A stretch of DNA of 64,000 nt from Lingula anatina (taxonomy: Eukaryota > Animalia > Brachiopoda): positions 48,524,788-48,588,787 of the forward strand of contig CM120640.1 of assembly GCA_051362555.1 (NCBI GenBank), read 5' to 3'. Shown piece after piece: positions 12,801-24,900 of the stretch. The position numbers and the translations under genes were made by a program. How positions within the stretch are numbered: position 1 is the first letter of the stretch; each line of letters starts with the position of its first letter. Below the pieces are notes generated by a model. It was not told the DNA's origin. It saw nothing but the letters and a program-made list of their open reading frames with translations, and made no database searches.

Positions 12801-15251
12801 CATACCATAGGTTAGAAGTTCAAATGAGTCCACAGTGGACTCTTATCCCCTTTCCAAAAACATTTCTTTGTTTTGTTCTCGCTTATGTAGTTCTATGATA
12901 TCTATAATCAGAAATTGATACTAGCAAGTCATAACCATAATCCTTTACAATAACAGACAGTTGAAAAAAGAGTGATCTTGGGAAGCCCACAAAAAATCCA
13001 TTAATTCTTGTCCATACCACACAACCTTGCAGGTAACATGTGGTTTATGTGTGGCTATCAGCCTGAAATACTCCTAATATATGCACAGGCATCAGGCCAT
13101 AGCTAATATTGCGGCAGACAATGAGATATGCAGTTATCTGTTCTTAATAATTAAAAATGTACATAACTGGTGGTTGTAACACAATACCAGTAACTGACCA
13201 GGCTGTACAATAATCTCCATCCATAATAAAAAGTTTTCATTTCACAGTCATAGCCATGTTTAATATTCTATATTACATAAAAAATATAAATAAACAAAGA
13301 CTCTAAATACCAGGATGTGTAAGCCATCTGTGCTTTTGCCAGCATATAGCATTGTGGTGGGGACTAGGCGAACTGATGCCTGAAATGAAAAAATAAACAG
13401 ATTTGAGACAAAAATTAGGGTAATAATAACAAAATGCAGGCAAACAAAATCCCCATTATTCATTTTTAATTCAAGCCATCAATATACAAAATGGATCAAC
13501 AGTGCAATCAAAATCTGAAGATTATCAACTATGAATTTTGCCCAATTTCACAATACATACCATGGGGCTGATATCTAAACAAAAGGATTGCAGGGACCGA
13601 TATAATGAATGAGACGGAGTGAATGCCACGTGCGAAAGATGGGCAGGAAATCAGCCAACTACTCGCAGAAAAACACTGACCCATGTCCCTGTCAATACAC
13701 ACGCAACCACAAACCATTCAAGTAAATGAAAATGATAGGACGGTGACCACAATTAGTCAGTATACGCGGGGAAAGTCCATTCTTTGATATCACCCCATGC
13801 GCGGTGACATCAGCGTGTTCTATTCAAAGTTAGGGGGTTTGGGTGGGGAACACGCACGATTTCCCTTTGTATGTATGACAAATAATGCACTGTTACCTCG
13901 CTCGCTGGTGCTCGGCATGCTATCGTGATATCGGGCTCGTGGACAGTGCATTATTTACTACTTACATCATGCACTGAACACAGTAATGGCATTGGATATC
14001 TGTATGTTCAATGACTGACATAATCTGTTACTGCATAGTTGAAATTGTTGAGGGCAAAATATGTGCAACTGACAAACTGAAGTACAATAAAAAAACAGCA
14101 TCTTTAGCTAATAATGATCTGAAAATCAAAAGGTTCTACTGCTGTATTATTTTTGTTATTGGTCACCATCTGTTAGACCTTTTCTCCATCTCATTCTCCC
14201 TATCTGCTTTGTCAAGTCTGACCTGCTATGACCGGGACGCAATGCGCAATGCACGTGGCGTTATTAATTACCTACCCAAGGCTAGAGCCCTTTCTACAAT
14301 CTAAACCATGTGTACATTTTAATTCCCCCCCCCCCCCCGAGATGTAAAATTAGGAAATCTTATTGAGCCTGTTAAAAAAATAAATGGCCATTGCAACTGC
14401 AGTATACTTCAGAGGTTTACAATAGCCTTTGCAATGCATAAGTATTATATACTTCCTAAACTATGTTCTCAATGAATTTTGTAGACTTATAGCTAATGTG
14501 TGCCAACTCTGTATGTACTCTTGCTGAATGCAATCTGATTAGATTCAGCAAGAGCCCTGTGGATTAAGTAGATCAACAAAATTCATTGTGAAAGGTTCTT
14601 ACTAGTATGTCATTCAATCCTTCCCTGCCATTAGGAACATAAATTTCTGCACTAGACGTACAATGTACATCAAACCAATAAGCCAAACTATGGGGCACAA
14701 AATATATGCAGTTGATCATGTGTGTGAGAGCTGGTATCTGTGTGAAGGTAGGTACATGGGGAAAAAAGCGAGGCGTGTCTTTGATGGAAAAAAGGCGACT
14801 TGTTCTCATTTACCCTTGGTTGGCCATTAGATAAATAAACAGATATTGTCATAAGGTGGTGGGGTGATGGAGAGAGAGGAGGAGGGGAGGCATTTCCCTT
14901 ACTACTGTACTGTATGTCAACTAATTTACTTCAGTATTAACAGTTTGATCAATTTGCTCATCCATATTATTTGCTTTAATTACTTGAAATAATGTGCTAT
15001 CATAAAAATAATACCTTCTGTGAGTTATAAAACAGGTATCTATTAAGAGGACTTTTACTATTATTATTATTATTATTATTATCACAAACCTTTTTTGCAG
15101 CGCTGTCAATGGCACTTTGATTGTAATATGAAGACATTGACTTCGTTCTTTCATTGGTTTTAAGGTGATCAGATTTAGTCCTACTCTGTAGATATATGGC
15201 ATTAGGCACTGTGCTCGTCTGAACTAAAATCCGTGTTAACTTCGAAGTCAT
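839..15251 (-). CDS. BCKDK: Branched-chain alpha-ketoacid dehydrogenase kinase, mitochondrial (11 coding exons, 403 aa)
   Basis: Exons in transcript order: 15090-15251, 13311-13379, 10711-10821, 10357-10404, 9261-9380, 7096-7194, 3959-4032, 2398-2526, 1722-1811, 1273-1437, 839-983. All introns GT-AG with consistent phases; total 1212 nt. The protein has BCKDK hallmarks: [37 protein letters not shown]-box [10 protein letters not shown]1 ISDRGGG, G2 GFGFGLP and C-terminal [15 protein letters not shown]. Confidence 0.96.
4468..6913 (-). mobile_element. Non-autonomous Helentron-associated (HINE/DINE-1-like) element, copy 1, in BCKDK intron 6
   Basis: Subterminal inverted repeat GTACCACCAGC (~4507) / GCTGGTGGTAC (~6900). 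Terminal hairpin AGTACCGCCAGCGT-AC-ACGCTGGTGGTACT at one end; hairpin GAGGC..GCCTC plus CTAG-TTT terminus (minus strand) at the other. Contains a 9-bp GGAGCCGC/GGAGCCGG microsatellite and an internal tandem array. No transposase ORF. Homologous to 7288-9106. Confidence 0.8.
4790..6100. repeat. Tandem array of ~146-bp units (~9 copies) inside HINE copy 1
   Basis: AGGTCAAAGGTCAATTT recurs at ~4856, 4989, 5135, 5280, 5425, 5572, 5718, 5863 and 6009, with a shared TTCCTATTCAAGTTCAATAGTAACTATGG block. Confidence 0.92.
7288..9106 (-). mobile_element. HINE-like element, copy 2 (~5 internal units), in BCKDK intron 5
   Basis: Same termini (AACTAGAGGATCAGAGAGGC... / ...ACGCTGGTGGTACTAA), same orientation and same microsatellite as copy 1. 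Shorter internal array at ~7640-8310. Confidence 0.8.
13880..13956. repeat. Hairpin element with CTCG internal loops
   Basis: 14-bp inverted repeat AAATAATGCACTGT / ACAGTGCATTATTT enclosing repeated CTCG motifs. Same architecture as the hairpins at 18435, 43976 and 60596. Confidence 0.55.
15060..15082. repeat. (ATT)n microsatellite just inside BCKDK intron 1
   Basis: ATTATTATTATTATTATTATTAT read directly. Confidence 0.9.
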
Positions 15252-15962
15252 GATGTTATATCTTCGTTGTTCTTGTCTGACGCAGAGGGATCAGCTGATT
15301 TGAATTGAACGCACACTATATATACTGTAAGCACTCAACTTTCTCCGACTGTTACAAACACATCTGGTGTTTTAGTTTTAACGTCCATAGTCTTCAGAAT
15401 ATCTGTTCTGTTTATATCTCTTTTGTATGAGGTGTAGCACGTCCCCATACTGTCGAGCCCTACTATTACTTCACAAAGAACCAATTTTTTTTCTTCACAC
15501 AGTCAGCCTGAACTCAAACTCGGTCACGCGAAAGAAGCATGTACCGAAGCAACCAATGGCAGATTAGAAAACATAGCAGAGAGCACCACTCCTTTGCCAA
15601 TGAAATTCATTGAAACAATTTGCCAGACTCTTGACCTTTCACGGTAGACCTCACCTAAGTCTTCTCACATACGTGCTGGGCTGAACTTGTTTAACCCGCA
15701 GACCAGTGTCATGTTTTCTGCCTATAAGCCTCTTTTTCGATTACTTTGCTTTATACATTTACTTTATTTTGTGTTACAAACGAGGCACAGTCATTCAACA
15801 CTTGTGTATCATCTTGTTGAAAATCCTCCTTTTGGCAGCCTCGGTTTAAAAAAAAAGATATCAGCGGAAAAACGCTGGTACAGAGGCTGTTTATTTTATG
15901 GACCACATGATCATGGTGGTGGAGTTGATTATTTGTTGTCCGCGGAATCTTTTAATTGCAAT
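15252..15962. promoter_or_regulatory. Putative bidirectional promoter and 5' UTRs shared by BCKDK and SLC8B1
   Basis: The divergent ATGs are only ~710 bp apart. The region is locally CpG-rich relative to both gene bodies and has CCAAT motifs at ~15481, ~15553 and ~15597. Confidence 0.65.
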
Positions 15963-18900
15963 ATGAAGACTCGTGTTGCAGTTAAGGCATGTATTGTCTC
16001 TGCATTTTTCATTCTGGTTGTATTTATTAATACGGCATTGCAGCATTCATTAAAAACTTTTAAGAAGGTGGCAGTAAACGAAGAGCCACAACAGAGTCCA
16101 AACTTGAGAAAACTGCTGCAGCAAAACCAGGAACTAGCCGTGGTGCTAGCAGACGACAAAGATGTTGATGTAAGATTTGACAATATATATGTCGTACATT
16201 TATCAATTTTTTACCGTAATTCGTATGTTGGCATAGTTTGGTAAGTTTTTATTGATTTAACTGACGTTCAATGACAAGTCATTAATATTAACCCCAGTCT
16301 ACAGATTTTGAACATTGAAGTTGATTTTGCAGTTATCTTACACTCAGAAGAGGGATGCGGGTAAACTTCCCTAGACCAATACAGCACTGAAAGTTTTCAG
16401 ATTTGGAGTGATAAAATTTTTTAATGGTTTTTGTAGGGCATAAGTGAGGGAAAGCAATCAAAGTGTTTTCCGTTATTAGTCAATGGATACAACAGAAAAG
16501 GAAGTTTCATTTCTTCAAGGAAGAGAAAATATAGTCTTAATCACAACTTTCATTTTCTAGTTTAGCCTATAAGCTAGCAGTATTTTTGATTGACTTCATG
16601 ACAAGCAGTAGCTAGGCCATGGGCATCATTATAAACCAAATATACCAATTCAAATGACATCTGAACTCTCAACTGTAGTGGCAGTAGTGCCTGCACATAA
16701 CCCCATTCATACTAGCATCTTGGAGAAGGTGTGATGTTATCATAGTGAACCTTTCTAATGTGAATGCACTATTAATCCTTGATAGCAGTCCTAATAATCT
16801 TACCTCAGGACTAGGGTTCTGTGATGGTCAACTTCTTACCAATGTCTCGACCGTTGTTGCATGGTTGGCATTTGAAATGCATGGTGTACATATAACAGAT
16901 GAGTTTTCAAATTTCCTGGGCTTTTGGACCTGCAAAATCCTACAGTATAGTGCATGTGTGAAAAATATTTTAACCTTTTGGCATTTACCTGGTCCAGGCA
17001 TTCTTATTACTTTTTTTAAAGCTTGCTGGAGTCATCCATAGTTTTAAAATGCAGGTCAAGTTTTAGAAAATTTTCAAATTAGATTATTTATTTTACAAGG
17101 CATGTTGTATTTGTAGGTATGATCAACAGGATACTATACATATGTAAATAAACTGCAGCCTCATTCTGTGTTCTTTTCTCCTTGTTACAGGATTGGTTCT
17201 CAGTTTTTCAACTGAAAAAAGGTTGCTGTTTCATATTACGATGAAATGGAAAATGGAAAACGTACACATACTAGTACCAGGTCTGGTTTTAATCTTTGGA
17301 ACCATGTCTTACACCACTGCATCATACACTGTACATCTAATACCAAAAATGTTCACATGGGGATTGTTCTGTTATATTAATGCAGAGATATAATAGCTTT
17401 TGACATTTTTTTTCCGTTTTTTACAGTGTGGTGATGTTCATAAACAGCCAGCAAATGGAACATGTTCCTTTGTACAGAACACTGAAGATTGTGCCATTGA
17501 TGAAGGCTTTGTGAACTACTTGGAAGTAGTTTATTGCAATTTCTCCCCATCATTAGTTCCATTTGGAGTGATCTTGTTTGTAAGTACAAGAATATTATGA
17601 AAAGATAAGACCAGGATTTGGAAATATTCTGTGGTGCAGTGTTTTAAGGAAGACATTTTATAAGCTTAAGTTTCAGAATAGGTATAGGTCAGCTTCTTAA
17701 TTTTCAAATTGCTATGCATGCCCAGTTTTTGTGTCTAAAGCTCTGAACTTAACAACATTTTATAAAAAAAACTACCATGCTAATCACAAATGTAGATAGC
17801 TTTATTGTAGCTGCATCACTGGCCCTTCTACAGAACAAGACCAATAAAATCAAGATGACTGGATGCATATCTGCATGTGCTTTACAGGACTTGCCAGATT
17901 TTTCCAAAAAGCATGCACATTATCACATAATAGGGATTTGAAAATGAAAAAGTTGGGCATATTGAACCTGAAGCATGGGATTTATTTATGAGCATATACT
18001 TATCAACTGTCATAGGTCTCACTCCCAATGAAACTATATCATTCTCAAAGATCAGTCCAACTCCAGGGACTCTCGTTGAATGCAGTTACTAGTAGATTAA
18101 CAGATTAACACACCTCTTCCTGGTGCAGAGTAGAATACAGAAAAGCTGGTTATTATATTACTATGTTGGAAACAAGGGGAACATGTTAATCTGTTAAGTT
18201 GATTGCATTCAATAAGAGTCCCCGCCGAGTTGAAGCAGATATGAGCCCATAAACTTTATAAGCAAATGCACAGAATGAGATGATGCATTACAGTCTAACT
18301 TCAACCAGAAGCCCTTTCCAGGGCTAAACCTGTGCTCATGGCTCACATGACCTGATGGCCTTAATTTGTTATCTGACAAGAACTAGTACTTCAGCTGTAA
18401 CTTTGGAGTACAGTATTTAACTATCTAGAATAAGCTTTAAACCACGGCTAGCGCGTAGAACAAAAGACTCGGCCGTGCTGTATTCGACATACAAGCACGT
18501 CATGTACGAGTGCGTTCCACGGTCTCTTGCACTACTAGTGTAGTAGCCAATCAGAGGCCGTGGTTTAAGCCAGATACAACACTCGTCGCCGAGCTGTACG
18601 TGAAAATTACTCGTGTATTGTCTCGCCTGCGGCTCGCCAATACACTCGTAATATTTCACGTACAGCTCGGCGACTCGTATTGTATCTATCACTTAAGGTC
18701 ACTGTTTCGTTTGTAGCATGTGACAGAGCATGCATAATGGTAACACTATTTCAATAATTATTATAAAGATAATGTTGATAAAGTGACCCTAAAGTGGGGC
18801 ACATGATATTTGGTTCCAATCTGTCACTTATTTGCCAATGATTTACATAATTTTGTCAGCTGTACAAGTAATATTTCGAACACTAGATACTGATAATGCT

Positions 18901-21900
18901 GTTTGTCTCAATGTGATTCAATTTAGATATTCAATAATTGACTCAAATAGATTGAATTATCAGTTTAATTCATTATGAAAAATCCTCATGCTTGACATTG
19001 AGGTTTATTATCAGCTGATAACATTATGGGTGACAAGGATGAAGTCATGTTATATTATGTGACATAATGTAACTTCATAATTGTTTACATTTTGCACCTT
19101 CAGTACAAATTAGTGCTAATGCTAAGCTTACCAAAAGATTCATTTTGGGTGCATTTTGTCTTGATTGCACCTCGACATTACACATAATTTTTATTTAATT
19201 ACATATTACTAATCAAGAATTTCACAGATACTTATATTTTTACTGTTTGTTTGACAATTTCTCCTTTAACATTTCTCACAGTTTTTCTGGTGGTTGTTCC
19301 TGTTTATTGGGCTTGCTGTTACTGCTGATGAATTGTAAGTTGAATAACATTAGCCCTGAAACATTCATATTCTCAAAATATACAAGTTAAAACAAATTGT
19401 GATATGTATAAGCATTCTTGGCAATGCAACTGCACATGTGGTTTGGCAAGTGCTTTAATTGACTAGCCACTCACAATTCTAGGGTATTTTTTTTTTAAAT
19501 CTAGTTTAATTGTTTAACTGTATGTGAACTGAATTTTTGTATCAAAACAAAGTTGGTTTTGTGATTGATTAGCATTTTCAACTAAGCAAGTCATGGTAAA
19601 ATTGGGCATCAGATGGAAAGGACCAAAAACGTTTTCATAATATGCTGTATAGAATAACTCATGCCAGCAATTTCCACTATGCTATCTACCTGTTATATCA
19701 GCTTTGTCTATTTGATAGCTTTTTTTTCTATTTTCTAGCTTCTGTCCATCACTAGCTGTAATAAGCAAGGTGCTAAGACTGAGCCACAACATAGCAATAT
19801 CCTTTATTTTCTATAAGAAAACAGTTAAATGTAGCTTTAGTCCAAAAGATGAAGGTGTGCTTCATAATGGAGATTGCAATAACTAGTCCATTATGCTTTA
19901 TGTATATTAAATTAGATTTTTTATTGAGTAACAATGTATGTTTTCAGTTATTTATGATATTTGTATTCATTCATTTCTTGCTTACTTTATCTTGAAAACT
20001 TCCTATAACATGTTTATTTATGTATGTTTTATACTTTTAAAAGAAGGAGTTATTCCATTTGAATGTCTAATGCTTCCAAGCCAAACAATACGAATTACAT
20101 CTTTTGAACATTGTCATCTATTCAGTATGACAGATATATATTAATGTTAAATCTCACAGGCTATAACACACCTGTGATCTCATCTATGCAAAACTCTAGT
20201 TGGATAAGGTTAATTTATATTGTATTCATTATAATAAGGAGAGCAGCCACAGTCACAACTGATAAAAAAATTGTTAATGGTTCACTTTGCATATCGAGAA
20301 ATTAAATGCTTCGGATTTTTTCAAGACTTGATTTATTGTCTTTTTTAACACATTTAAAAGAAAATGTTTGAACTTAAACTACTTACTGTAACATCAGTAT
20401 AATTCATACCACGTCATCCTTAACACTCAATAAGGTGTGACACTTCTTGCCTTTGGAAATGGTGCCCCGGATGTTTTTTCAGCAATATCTGCCATTGGAA
20501 ATGCCAAAAATGGTAATGCAGGACTGGCCTTTGGAGCCCTGTTAGGTATGTCCAAAATATGTCTTTATATTCAATGTTACTTATGTTACTTTCCAGTTAA
20601 AAATAAAGAGACCCTTTGGTCTGAATGTTATATTATTATTATTATCATTGAATTAATATTAACCTGGGACTGTAAGATGTACTGATTGTATAGAATGTAG
20701 ATAAAATTTTATATCATAACATTTTCTTCTTGCTAGAATGTATCACCTGTTATCAGGTCACCTTGAAAAATTTTAGGGTATTTTTCATAAAATAACCTGT
20801 GTTAAATATTGACTTGCTATAGCATTTATCTCTTCAACTAATAAGAAAATAACTTCTCTTCAAAGGAATTTGTGAGAAACATTGTGACAGGCTTTGACTT
20901 TTCCTACAGGTGCAGGGATGTTTGTGACCACAATAGTCACTGGTGCTGTAGCTTTTGTTGTCTCATTCCATGTGATGGAGAGACCATTCTTGAGGGACAT
21001 AGGCTTTTATATTTTAGCACTGTGGTTCACATTTTATATGCTTTGGGATAGAAAAATAGATTTACTCGAAGCCGTAGGTAAGTTCAATCTGTCAATTGGA
21101 AAATAAAATACGAACCAATGTTTTGTATCTGAAATTATTACACTGAAAATTGTTCAGTTTTAGATGAAAATGTATTGTGATTTTTCAGTGTTAGCAATGA
21201 CTTATTAGACATGTTTTGTAAGAATTTTTATCTTTATATTTATCTTTTGTTTATTATCAGCCTACCTGGTTATATATGCTGTATATGTGGCAGTGGTAGT
21301 TATTGGCCGTTTCATTTATCAAAAACACAGGAAAAGAGAGGGAGACGATATAAGGGGATGTAAGTATTATCAAAAACAATGATTAAAATAATTTAGATAT
21401 ATATTGTAGATAAACCATGTTTGCCTTTGTTTAGAAATAAGGCACAAGTGTGATATCATATTAAATTTTATTCAAAAATATAAACCACTAAGATATCCAT
21501 CTTGCTTTGTTGTTTAAATTGCCCATTAAATTGTAGTTGGTTAGCTGTTCAATACTTCTTAATAAAGTATGCAGATGTCAAAAAACTTATCATTTATTTG
21601 GGTTTAAAAAATTATAAATTGGTTCTTAAAATGGTTTATCCTTCTTGATTTTAATGTTATGGCACAGAGAAAGTGAAATCAAGATTATTTTCATGCTGTC
21701 TGTCCAGAATGATGCCTGCAATATGTTACTTTGTTACATTTAGCCATTCAGGCAAAAGTTGTAAATGAGGAGAATGAAGATGAAGTTAGTTCATTTCCCT
21801 TTGGGCAGTCCTACGAAGCACCTCCAGTCCATGGTCACCACACTAGAGAGGGCTTAGCAGTCAGGTCTGATAAGGCAGTGAAAGGTTAAGAAGTGTTTAC

Positions 21901-24900
21901 AACATCAATATTTTCTTTTTTTATTTTACCACTTGTTTACAGTAGGGGTACCATTGAATTGCTACAAAACAACCCAAGTTGGTGAAAATACACATTTTTT
22001 ATTGTAGTGGATTTGAAGTTACTTCATAATTTGTATAGCAGTGAAAATTGGAGTTTTTACTGATATTACCAAGATATAACTAATAGTGCTCAATGTGCCT
22101 CAGGTTGCTTGCTTCTTTGGTATACAGTCCTATTACACCATAAAACCTTTTTTTACTATACTAGCTTGCACTAAAACCAGTACCCAAAAAATTGTGTCAA
22201 TATTCTGTTTCTCATAAGTCGCCCATATTTCATTATGTCATTTATCTTTCATCAAACCTTGTTTATTCCTTCCCTTCCAGACTTTGCACGAGTTGCTGAA
22301 CACATATCAACTGCTGCTGCCCTAGGGCATCCAGAAAATGGTACTCTAAGGCCTCAAATCAGTACAGTGGACAGTGGTTAGTAATGTTGTCGAATATCTG
22401 TCACTTAAATGTTGATAATGTTATTGGGTCTCAGAAACAGCTTGAATGGGAAAAATGCCCACAGTCCAGTGTACCATGAATATCTGACTCCCCTAAAAGG
22501 TGACTCCCCAGTCATCCCCCATGAAATTTTGACTCCCCCCACAAAACTTATAAATCTTATTTCATTTGAGTAAATAACTTTTATCTTGTAGTATGCATAA
22601 TGGAGGATACATTGGCACTTTTTGTTAGTTTGCAAGTGAACATTTTCATGAGAAAATAAGAAAATTAGAAATATGTATAAAAATATATTGCAATCATCTG
22701 CATCTATTCATGTCGCCACAGCAGGACTAGAGCAGAATTAGTTCACATTATGAAAAAAGTAAAATTTTCTGTTTGTTCATATAACAAAGCTTCATCTCTT
22801 ATGTTACAGAGAGTGAACTGACCCCCATGCATGACATTCGTCAGCCAGCATCATCTCAATTTATGGAATTTTTAACAGCTTTAAATCCAATTAATACGGA
22901 AGAGTGGCCAGAAATGAAGTGGTATGCAAGAGTATATGAGATTTTCAAAGTAAGTACTCATACTCATCTTTCTATTTTGTTTGAAATAAGGAAAAGAGGT
23001 ATACATTAACATAGTATCAATTAAAGATTTTAAGAAAAAAAATCCATTGATTTACACCACTTTTCACATTTCCTTTTTTGTGAGCAAAAGAATTAAGATT
23101 GAAAAATTAACCTCAGGGATGCAATGGCTTTTTTTCCATCCATTTGAATTTATATATTCAGAGCCCTCTTGTACTCATATTGAAGCTGACTATTCCTGTA
23201 GTTGATGAAGAACAAAACAAAGCCAACTGGAACAGACCTCTGAACACACTACACTGTATAACAGCTCCTGTAGCATGTGCTCTTCTTACAAATGGTGTGT
23301 AAAAAATATTAGTAAAAAGAAGAATGCTAATTTGATATATGTGACTTTTTTAACCATTTATATTGCTTTGTTTTGTTAATAATGAGAATCAGACCAAAAA
23401 AGCTCTTTGATAAAATATGTATTCAATTTATTTATTACTTATGATATTTTGTATGTTTTTTTATGTAATCATTTTGTGGAATTTGTTCCATTTTTCTGTC
23501 GTTTTCAAAAACTTTTTATTTTCAGTATAACAGAACATATAAACTTTTATTTCTCTTTTAGGTGCTTTTAAAATGGTTGGCAACATTCCAGCAGGTGTAT
23601 TTGTGCTTATTCTGGGTCTGCTATTAGCACTTGCAGTATCATGTACATCACAGAAGGACGAACCACCAATATACCATCCAGTAAGTTGATATCAAAGTGC
23701 AAGGATAATAAACTTTACTTTAATAGAGTTTATTTTGTATACTTACACAGAATGGGGCTGGGAGTCCAAGACACTGTCAGTTACTTGCAGAGGTAGTCAC
23801 TTACTGGGTGGGGGGATACAGAATGGTATAGGATCCTTAAAAATAATTTGTATTAAGAAAGGCACTGTCCCAATATAGTTCCACATTCAGCACTTCTCAC
23901 CAATACACTTAGGACCAGTTTATTCAATGATGTATTGCATCCCTGCCTTATAGGCCCATCCTGAGTTTTAGAGTAATGGGGGTTGAGGGCGGGGGGTTCA
24001 AGTCATCCCCTTCCTCCTTGATATTCTGAATGCATTATGCAGGACATTATGGGCAGTTGGTTTAGCATTGGAGGGTGGGGATTATTTGTCACCAAACATT
24101 AGTATACCAATTTGAAAAGTTTTTTTTTTTTCTTTTTTTTTTTTCTTTTTTTAGAAATCATGACATGCTCTTATGAAGTACTCTTGTTCATTTTCAGGCT
24201 TTTTCTTTTATGGGATTTGTAGTGTCTGTGATATGGATTTATTCTATAGCTAATGAGATAGTTAATCTCTTACAGGTAATTATAAACACTCATAATTTAG
24301 ACATAACTTTAGATTAACAAAACATGATATGGAAAAGCTATTAAAGTAGGTCAGATTTGTCTCTAAAACATTGTGTCTTTTTAAGGTACCAGTATCCCAT
24401 ATAAACAATTAAAAGTTGATGTCTTTTTCTGATCCAAACCGGTATTAGATTTGATATTATTTTCATTCTTTCAGATGTTTGGTATTGTCTTCGGGATAAG
24501 TAATGCAATTCTAGGACTAACATTATTAGCATGGGGTAACAGTATAGGAGGTAAGCTATTAGAAAAATTACTATTTCTGATATAGTTTTCTCATACTGAG
24601 TACAACATGATGGAGCCTTCAGAAGTTAAAGACCTGTGAGAACATATCAGGTTTGTGAGAATATTCAGTATTAGATTTATTTTGTACTCATTACATATAT
24701 TCTGATTTTAGATTTGATTGCTGACACAGTGATGGCAAGACAGGGGTTTCCTAGGATGGGGATTTCAGCATGCTTTGGAGGACCTCTCTTTAGTATCCTT
24801 TTCCTAAATTTTGCTAGCCTACACAAATTACATTTGTCTTGTTTTCAGTAAATTTTAGTTATTATTCTAGGCTTTGATGTAAAATTTATGATATAGACTA

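Noticed and set aside
17117-17393. Strong acceptor at 17190 and ORF 17193-17393 in NCLX intron 1
   Set aside because: The in-frame reading from the acceptor hits a stop quickly, and exon 1 joins 17427 cleanly. It may be a non-coding or poison exon but is unsupported.
18417-18716. ORFs shared between 18.4 kb and 44 kb (e.g. MIDTIRVAELYVK...)
   Set aside because: They reflect the duplicated GC-rich hairpin element; their ends differ between copies and there is no protein family signal.
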